Assembly (NCBI RefSeq): GCF_001194135.2
Contig: NC_069006.1
Coordinates: 6,077,411-6,141,410 of the forward strand
Reading direction: 5' to 3'
Source: Octopus bimaculoides
Lineage: Eukaryota
DNA length: 64,000 nt
Under the pieces are notes generated by a model. That model was not told the DNA's origin. It saw only the letters and a program-made list of their open reading frames with translations, and searched no databases. Below, one piece after another: positions 26,106-36,800 of this stretch; positions within the stretch are counted from its first letter, which is position 1; each line of letters starts with the position of its first letter. A program made the translations under genes and the position numbers.

Positions 26106-26739
26106 TCCTTTTTTAGCTTTTGACTGGAATATGCTAAGCTGATTGCATGGCAAAATGAAAGGGGTGGTGATAGGGTGGAAATGGTAAGTTTACAACTGAC
26201 GCCAAAAGAATTGATTAAAATCTGTGTGTGTGTGTGTGTTTTGTAATCAGTGATATGGAGAGAAAATAGATAATACTTTAGAAAAACAAAACAAAAAAAA
26301 GATTGAAAGAAATATAAAAAAAACAACAACAAACAAAATCAAAACTGAACCAGACTAAAAAGTCTCAGAGAATTCTTTGAGTTGTATGTCTGGCTGTTTG
26401 AGTAAAATATCACTTGTGGTGTGTCTTTTTTCTTCTTGAAAATTACAATCAATTATTCAAATATACCACATCGACAGAGGCTTAAAACATGGAAGGAAAA
26501 TGAAAGCAAACAAATGGAAAAAAGCTTTTATTTATTATTCTAAATTTTCTTCTTCTTCTTCTTCTTCTTTTATTCTGCAACCTCTCCATCACTACCAACC
26601 CCCTCCCCTTTTTTGTTTGTTTCTTTTTTAAAACTTTTCCTTACATCTTTCCTCTCTGTCTGATAACATCATAACTTACATTTGGTAATACATGCAAGCA
26701 TACATGTGTATGTACGTATATACATAGACACACATGTAT

Positions 26740-26784
<45 letters not shown>

Positions 26785-27908
26785 TGTATATTTTTATATT
26801 AGAGCCTTACTTCAAGAGGAGTAAACATGAACAGTTAGAGAGAAAGAGAGGGAAAACTCACATGGAAACATCTATGTGGCCATTGGAGATGCAAGAAATA
26901 GCAGCCAAGTATCACACATACCTCACCCTCATTCATTGAGCTCAGTATAGCTATGAAGGGTAATTGACTTTACCAAGATTTGGGGTTCAAAATCTGTGAG
27001 ATGCTACTCTGCAACAGATGCGACTCATTTTTGGCTCAATGGAATCAAGCAAAGTGGAATGAAGTGCCTTGCTGAAGATACTCCATTCAATGTACTGCCT
27101 GGCCTGGGAATGGAACTCACAACCTTACACTTGTGTGTCTGTCAGCTGAGCCACAAAGCCAGGCACCTTCATTGCACTTTAACATCTTAATAAAGAACAA
27201 GTTTATTTTTCTACTTTTCATTTGTTTTAGTCATTCGACTGTGGCCATGCTGGGGCACTGCCTTGAAGAATTTTTAGTTGAATGAATCGACCCCCAAGAC
27301 TAACTTTTTTTTGTAAGCTTGGTACTTATTCTATCAGTCTCTTTTGTTGAACCGCTAAGTTACAGGGACGTAAACACACCAACGCCATTTGTCAAGTAGT
27401 GGTGGTGGTGGGACAAACTGACACACACACACACACACATCATGGGCTTCTTTCGGTTTCCATCTACCAAATCCACTCACCAGATTTTGGTCAGCCTGAA
27501 GCTATAGTAGACAACATTTGCCCAAGGTTCCACATGGCAGGACTGAACCCTGAACCATGTGGCTGGGAAGCAAACTTCTTACCACACAGCCACACCTGCC
27601 TGGAGAAGGAAATTAAAGAAAAAGTGGTCATGGCTAAAACAGCTTTGACCTTGGACTAAACAACAACAATAACAACGAAGAAAGGAGGAGAGAAAGGGAG
27701 AGTTTCTATAAAATGGTTCAACTTGTTATAGAGTAAGGGTCAGCTCTTCTTTGACCTTTCATGGAGCACAGATGAATGTTGCTTCCATTAACTACGGGAG
27801 GAGGGGCAGTGGTTATGATAGTTTGGATAGTTAACTTGATATCAAATTTACACAACAAGAGTTGGCTACAGTTGTACAACATCAACAACAAAAACACTTG
27901 AAGGTCAT

Positions 27909-27939
<31 letters not shown>

Positions 27940-30900
27940 AAAAAAAACAATGGTTTTTGAGCATTAACATGTTAACTGCCACATGTATCAACAGTGGTTC
28001 ATTGCAAACATCACATAGCCACTGGTGGTAAGTTTTCATAATCTGAGGAAATATTTTATTCTATACCTTTGACATGGTTTCAAGGATATTTAAATAATAT
28101 GAATGCTAAATATTAAAGTTTAATTATGAAATATTGTAGAAATGCAAACCAAATTCCATTTGCTTGTAATTAAACAGTATGCTGTGTGACCAGAAATATA
28201 TAGCATCACTAGTAAGTTCCGGTAACAGGCTGTGGCAGTTAACATGTTAAACTTCAAGCTCAGATGAACAAATTAAACAAAATACAAGACGATGATGGTG
28301 GTGGTGGTGGTAGTGATATTAAATTAAAATGTGAACAACAACAACAATGACAATAAATCCATGTTCTCACCGTCAACAGAGAACCAGTCCTGCTGGCTCT
28401 GGGAGGACTGCTGCTTTTCTCTCGCTTTATATTCAAAAAGTACTGTGGTTGATATGATGTAGTGTTCACTTTGGACATGTAAAGTTACAAGACCTGGGGG
28501 TTCATGTGCTACAAAGAAACAAATATAAACATAATATAAATAATATCACTGAACCAACTGCGGGGCTCTGATTTGATAGCTCTACCTGTTAGAAATAGTC
28601 ACTAAATCTCCCTCAAATTACACCTTATCGTCTTGAATATAAAAACAATATTTTAGATAATGTAGTCCAAATTGGCATTAAAAATACATAATGATTATTG
28701 CTGGAGTACCAGTGATCAAAAGTAAGAAAAAGTTAGGGTAATTGAAATTAACCACTTTAGGTATACTCAACCCATGGTTGAAATGGGACCGTGTTATACA
28801 CTCTTGTGGGTGTATAATGGTCACAATGTGCAATGTGAGATGTAATGGGACACTAATAGAATATTGTATCTCCTCTTTTTCTTAGTTTAATTGTGAACAG
28901 ATTCAGGGGTTTTGGAGGGAACCACAAGATGGGCAAAAATGTGGGTTTTACTTATTTTGGGAAAAAACTAATTTTTTTTTATAAATTGTTTTACCCAGAA
29001 GATGTTTAATCAACAAGGGTAGCTGATTGGGTAATTAAGGTGGTTCTTAATTATGGTTAATTAAGGTGTCTTTAGTAGAGTCTATCATATCTTTTATATT
29101 TTACTTGTTTCAGTCATTAGACTGTGGTCATGCTGGATCACTGCTTTGAAGAATTTTAATTGAACGATTTGAGCCCAGTACTTGTTATTTTTTTTGTAAA
29201 GCCTAGTACTTATTCTATCAGTCTCTTTTGCTGAACTGCTTCGTTATGAGGATGTAAACACATTAACACCAGTTGTCAAGCAGTGATGGGAGACAAACAC
29301 AGACACAAAGACACACACTCATAAATATATATATATGTGTGTGTGTGTGTGTTTCTGTCTACCAAATCCACTCACAAGGCTTTGGTTGGCCTGAGGCTAT
29401 AGTAGAAGACACTTGTCCAAGGTGTCCTGCAGTGGGACTGGACTCAGAACCATGTGGCTAGGAAACAAACTTCTTACTACACAGCCTCCATCTAGTGCTT
29501 AAGGTTATCAGAATGTTTACAATTTCAGAAAAGATTTCAGTGCTTGGTTGAAACGGTTTGCAGAAAGTTATTTCCTCAGATCAGTAAACTAGCCATATCT
29601 GACCCAGATATTCTACCTGTTTTATGTTAAAACTAACCAGATCTGGCCTCTCACACCAACTCTACAATGTCATTCTGAAAATAATAAACAATCATGCCAT
29701 TGAAATCTTGAAACTATGAGATAATGCAGGATTAATTAAAAAAATGTGAATAAATAAGCATTACATTTGACAGAATTTAAATGTGAAAGGGTTAAATATA
29801 AAATAAAATAAAAAGAAAGAAATATTTTTGTTAGCTAAAAAATAAAGTAATATAAAAAACATATATTTGTAGGTTGAATATAAAAATAATATAAAACAAA
29901 ACATAATTTTGTAAATGTTTTAAACAGCAAAAACTTCCAAACGCCTGCTTTTTTTACTATCATCAAAAACATGCTGTTTAATTTATTAATGTGAATTTAA
30001 TTAGTTAGTATGCTGTTAATTAGTATGCAGGAGTGACCAACTTAATTCAAAAAAATCAAGAGAAAAAATATATTCAAAAATTTTATTTTTCTATTCATTT
30101 ATTGGTTGTTTTGTGCCAAGGTGGTGCAAGAGTAAAACAAAAAAGTGCCAACAAGAGTCTCTCTCTTGTCTTTTAGTGTTACCTGGAGACTTTCATAGAA
30201 TTAATGTCAATGTCTTTTTGACACAACCAAAACATGTTCAATATTCCTAATAAACAATCCCAAACCACCTTTCATTGAAATCTGTCGATATTTATTGATT
30301 AAAAACTATCACTAATTCATACCTGCCATCATTTAGAAAAATATATAATCGATCAACTCAGCCATAAAAAAAAAAAAACAGGAAAAGTAGCAGAATAAAA
30401 AAAAGGGAGAAGAAAAAAATCCATGCCGTATCCATTGGGAGAGGTTATATTCTGCCAAGTTTCAAAGGAGTAGCAAATGTGATTATGAATTAAAATAATT
30501 AAAACAAAACAATTTTAATAAAGCTTATTAGTTGACTGAGCAGACACGAGCAGACATGTTGTGAAAATAGTTTCATTCTCTTCTTTTTTGTTGCATGTCA
30601 TCTGGTGAAAAACCATTCAACTGTCTATCATGAATTCAAACACACACACACACACACACACACACATACCATCACTCTGTCCAGTCTCTAACTCACAGCT
30701 ATACTATGTCTCCTCTCTCTGTCCTTTCTACCATACTGTAAAGGCCTCTGCTCCTCGTAGTAACTAACTCATATTATCTCTCCTTCTCCACCATCACCTT
30801 AAGCTCTGAAGCCTCCTTATGCACTACATCAGCCTCTCTCTCTCTCTTTCACCAGTGCTCCTCTAACCCTCTCTCTCTCTCTCTCATCCTTCCCCTCTCA

Positions 30901-33844
30901 TCACTTTTTCCTGCACCGTCAGTCATCCTCTATCACCCCCTTACCTCCTCCATCACTGGTCATCCCGCCACCCCTTACACCCATCCTTCAAACCCAACTG
31001 ATTCTTTACAGCTGCCACCTATTTTCCACTCTTGCAACTTTCACCCACCCACACACCCAGTTTGTCTGTCCTCACTCACTTCAACTCCCCTCATACCTTT
31101 AGGGACCACTTCAGATGCCCTCAGCATCACTATTATTATTTCTTTCCATCTCCACTCAATCACCCCCAACTATTTCTTCAAAAATACGAGCAGTCATGTT
31201 GCTCCTCTCCATTAAGAAACCTGTTCAGCTCTGGACCCTTCTCTCATACTTTTACTCCCCATTTCCTTGTATAATGCTGCCCTTCTTTGGGGGGTTCACA
31301 GTCTTGCAAGCCCCTTGGCAGCTTCACCTGGAACAGTGTGTAAAGTGGTTGGCATTAGGAAAGGCTTTGAGCTGTAGAGACCATGCCACAAGAGATGACT
31401 GGAAAATGATGCAATCCTCAGACTCATCAGATTCTGTTGAACCATCCAACTCATCATACAGTATGCAAAATAGGCATTAAATGACGACGACGATGACAAT
31501 GATGATGATGATGATTGTCATCATCATCATCGTCATAACCATTTGTTTTCCATGCTGGCAAGGGTTGGACAGTTTAACAGCACCAGGTTCCACAGACTGT
31601 TTTGGCATGGTTTCTACACCTGGATGCCTTTCCTAAAACCAAGCATTTTACAGAGTGTACTGGGTGCTTCTAATGTGGCACCAGCACTGACAGAGTCACC
31701 ATGTACCTTGCAAGACAACTGAGGGGAAGGAGAAGTATTGAGGAGGTGTGGCTTTGTGCCAGTTGATGAGAGATTAGAACTATAGATGGAACAATTATAA
31801 ATGTCTTGCTGTAGAGTAGATACATGGATGGCCCATATTTTAATATGTATTTCCCAGGTACCAGGTATGCGTTTAACATGTAAATTAGTCTACTTAACAG
31901 TGTTACACCACTAAACTTAGAGGCTGTTTAAGCAATGTTGGTTCGTGGATGGTTAATGGGTTGGATGTGGCACTGAAAAAGGAGCAATAACTCTTGCAGT
32001 ATTCATATACACCCATCACCTATTTTTCTATCTTCAGAGGTAATGACCAAGGCCTTTGGCATTATGTCATACTTGAAAAGAAGACCCATCAAGCCAAGCA
32101 AAATCGCAGTCATGGCAGATACCAGTGTCACGCAAATGGCACCCCTTACATTCTCAGAGTGGTTGGCGTTAGCAAGGGCATTCAGCCATAGAAAACTGTG
32201 CCAAATCACACTGGAATCTGGTGTAGCTTTCCAGCATGCCAGCCTGGTCAAAATATCCAACCCATGCCAGAATGGACAACGGACGTTAAATGATGATGAT
32301 GATGATGATGATCACATTGTTTACATAAATGTATACCTATATGAAACATCATAACTTTCAATGCTTGCTCTAAATTCTGTAGAAAATCTGTAGAGAATAA
32401 CTTAAAAGTGATTAAATTGCACGGCTAACACAAAAAGTAGGACGACAGAGCATCGACTGTTTAATATTTTTGGTGGTATATTAAGGTTGCAAAATGAAAC
32501 GCAGTGTCCCTACAAGCAAAGAAGGACAAAAAGAGGCAACGAGGCATTTTTATTATTTTTTCATTGTCAGAAAGTTACCAAAGTGATTGAAACACTGAAA
32601 AACAATGGAAGCAAGCAGGCAGAATTGTAAGAACATCAGAAAAAAAAATGCTTTGTGACTTTTCTTCAGGCTCCTTACCAACTGAGTTCAAATCTAGCTG
32701 AGGTTAATTTTGTCTTTCATCCCTCCAGGGGCCAGTAAAATAAAGTACTAATCTAGCACTGAGATCAGTGGTATCAAACAACATCCCCACTCACCACACT
32801 TAAAACTGCAGGCCATGGGCCTAAATCAGAAATTGCTATCACAGTTCAAAGAATTTACCAAAAAAAACAGGAGAGAAATGAGTTTTTGAGATGATAAGAC
32901 AACAAACCTGGCGCAAAGCAACGTAAAACTCCTGGTTGAACAAGAAGGGCTGGTACACTGATTCCACCAAATACACAGCTATAGGAACAACTTGTAGAAA
33001 ACCAAGGCCCTGTCACAAGAACCTTGGTACTGCCCTGTTAAGAGAAAAACAAGAATTATTCAGCAATGCTATTACGATTACACACAGTCATTTTTACTCT
33101 CTGTACTTCCCTGTTATCGACAGCCAAGTTTTTTTTATTTACTTAAGGGTTCTTTTATATTACACTTGTTCCAATCTGTGGACTGTGGCTATGCTGGGGC
33201 ACCACTTCAAAGAGCTTTAGTGGAACAAATCCATTTATTTTTCTAAAGCCTGGTACTTATTCTATTGGTATCTTTTAGCTGCACTGCTAAGTTACAGGGA
33301 TGTGAACAAACCAACACCAGTTGTCACGTGGTTATGGGGGACAAACACAATGACACACACACACACACATGGTAGGCTTCTTTCAGTTTCTGCCTACCAA
33401 GTCCACTCACAAGGGTTTGGTCAGCTTGAGACTATAATAGGAGGTACTTACCAAAGGTACCAAGGAGTGGGACTGAACTCAAGATCACATGGTTGGGAAG
33501 TAAGCCTCTTAATCACTCAGCCACACCTATAAACTATTTCACTTGTGTAACAGTTAATTGACAGACTTTCAGAATGGCTGCTACTACTTCATGAAGAAAG
33601 AAAAGGACAAGAAACTGAGGAACCGTTTTCCTTCTGTGAAAAAACTCTTTTACTTGTTTCAGCCATTTGACTGCGGCCATGCTGGAGCACTGCCTTTAAT
33701 TGAGCAAATCAACCCCATGACTTATTCTTTGTAAGCCTAGTACTTATTGTATCGGTCTCTTTTGCCGAATCGCTAAGTAACGGGGATGTAAACACACCAG
33801 CATCGGTTGTCAAGCGATGTTGGGGGGGACAAACACAGACACAC

Positions 33845-33877
<33 letters not shown>

Positions 33878-36800
33878 CAACGGGCTTTTTGCAGTTTCCG
33901 TCTATCAAATCCACTCGTCCAATCTTTTTTTACATTTTTACCCAAACAATTGGCTGCCAATAACAAAACAATATCTTACTTTTACTGTAGCACAAAAAAT
34001 ATATTTTAATTTTTAGAGAGGATTTAAAATTTAATCCACAGGGTTTATGAACTGGTATATGCCTAAGTATGAACATAAACATGTATTTGATGCTAGAAAT
34101 ATACCATTGTCTGCTTCAGTTTTGGTAAAGATTCAATAATTTCTTTTTTAGTCATCTTTATATATGACCACCACAGACTAAAATGGAATTGTGAAACCAA
34201 TGATACACCTCTTGAAAGGATTCAACTGACAAAAAGAAACTCCGTCTCTGACATGACCACTGTAGGTCAATGTTCAACAAATGTATTATGTCTGTTTGAA
34301 AGAGTCTCTGTTTTGAAAGAGACACCAAATCTTCATATTACATCCAACCATCTAAATGATAGGAATGATGCATTAGATATACAAGCTTGTATTTTCAATG
34401 CATATATAGTATATGATGATATCAGAGCTTGTAGTAAAGCTGGGATAGTGATGGCAGGAACATCATCATCATCATGATCGTTTAACGTCCGCTTTCCATG
34501 CTGGCATGGGTTGGATGATTTGACTGAGGACTGGTGAACCAGATGGCTACACCAGGCTCCAATCTGATTTGGCAGAGCTTCTACAGCTGGATGCCCTTCC
34601 TAACGCCAACAACTCCAAGAATGTAGTAGGTACTTTTACGTGCCACCAGCACGAAGGTCAGTCATAAGGTACTGGCAATGGCCACGCTCAAAATGGTGTA
34701 TTTTGCGTGCCACCTGCACAGGAGCCAGTCCAGCGGTACTGGCAATGAACTCGCTCGAATGTCTTTTCAAGTGCCAGGAAGGCACCGAAGATAATAGGCT
34801 GCTATGATTAGGGCTGCTTTGGGTCAAAATAACCACAGCAAATATTTCAAGTAAAGCTTTGAAAGGGGGAAAAAAAAAGTCACCTACCTCTGTATAGGAC
34901 CACTCTGGGCAAAAATCTGTAATTGGTGCTTGTTCAGAATTTGAGTGCGATTCTGTAGATTGCGAGATGCTTGAATCTGGTAGAATGGTATGCTGGGATT
35001 GTGACGATGGTTGCCCTTGCTGTCCCCCTGAATTGTGATGTGTCTGTGACTGCCCAGCCTGTTGTGTATGATGGTGTTGATGAGGATGAGTTTGTGGCTG
35101 CTGCTGCTGTGGCTGAGATTGTTGTTGTTGTTGTTGCTGTTGTTGCTCTTCCTGTTGTGCTGGATTTTGTTGCTGCGTTGTTCGCTGAGAGTCTAAACAG
35201 CTGGCGCAAGTGATGAAGTCACGGCTAATGCTATCAAATGTAGAATGATCAGATGAAGACGGGTTCATATTGGAATAAAGTTTCTCCAGATCGGGCAGAT
35301 CCAGAATGTCAAGGCTATCCAAACTGAGATCATTGTTCTGAAGAGAAGCAGTATTGAGAGTTAGGTTATCACAGTTAGTCAGGTCAGTGGAGACATCTTT
35401 GGAGTCCATAGAAGTGGAAGCGAAATCTGATGCCGAAGAAACTGTTGCCTGAAGGGTTTTTTGGACATCGTCATGAGAGAGATGGAAAGCAGGAGAGAAT
35501 ATGTTCATGGGTTCAGTCTTAATGTTGATTTCTTTTGGAACATCTTTCGAAGTATGACCCGTTTCTGAGATTTCTGTTGCCATAGGAACAGGTAACATCG
35601 CCCTATTAGAAGTGGAGTGCGTAATCGCGGAACTGGTTGAACTGGTGCTTCCTGGCTCGACTTTAATTTCTGTTCCCAAAGTGTGTGCCGATGTTCCTAA
35701 GGTGGGCTGTATGGCCGAACCGACCGGCTGTCCAGTGCTGGACATGGGTTGTTGGTTTGTCATGGAGTTCGAAATGATAGAGAGGGGGTTTGTGGTTTGG
35801 CCACTTACAATGAGTAAGCTGTTGCTGCCTTGGATGTTTGCAAAGTTAAAAATGACCGGAGTAGAGGGAGGCACAACATCCGTAGAAGTAGATGTCGAAG
35901 AGTCCGTGACACTAGTGGACGGTGTTGTAGTAATGAGCATACTTTCACTCACTGGTGCTGTTGTCGCTACTCCTGCTGCTGCCGCTGCTGCTGCCGCCGC
36001 TGCCGCCGCTGCCGCTCGGTTGGCCCGATTTCTCTGCAGCAATGAGACCAACCTGAAAAAGGAAGAAGGACAAGGAACTTGTTTACTTTCATCCTTCATC
36101 TATTTACATTGCCCTTATTATGTTTTACCACCCAGGACCCAACTCCATCAAAGTGAAACCCTTGCTGCCTTGCAATAGCTCGTGTATCTCAATGACCCTG
36201 AGAGCTATGCCAGTGGAGTGCAAGCTCATGGTAGGGCCTCACGTGCTGGACAGGTCAAAGGACAGAAGCCAGATTAATTTGGTTGACCACTTGCCAGAGG
36301 TAAAAGTGGGTTTGCATAAGGGGTCAACAACCCTAACTAGAAAAATGCAAAGTTACAGATGCATCAGTGGCAATTCAAAAACCAACAAGATATGGAAGAA
36401 GATCTTCCTTTGGGTCACGAGAGGAGATAGCTAGGCTACACTTTAAGGACAGCCCAGAACTGAGAATAGAGGAGAAAAGTGAACAATGGCCTATGCTCTA
36501 TACAGGGCCAGATTAAGACCTATAGAGGCCCCAATGCACTTAAAAGGTTTTGGTGTCCCCATATATATGTAATTCAAAATATGAACCATAATAAACCATA
36601 AAATGAATTTTTATTTCTCAAAATGAAACAAAACTAAGAGAAAGATGGAAAATAATGTTTAGTTTTGTATACTTCTCCTCTATTTATATTTGAAATGCTT
36701 TCTCCAACTCTTTTTTTGATTGTAAAGCCTTTGATAAAATCTTTGAAATTAGTTTTATATAACACATCTGCTTCTATGCTTAGTAGAAATAAGACATCCT

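Noticed and set aside
34636-34887. In-frame read-through past the 34888 donor
   Set aside because: It runs into a family-C SINE, and the TIG domain continues correctly in exon 33034.
35612-36178. 188-aa plus-strand ORF
   Set aside because: Antisense shadow of the large CAMTA exon; no recognisable domain.
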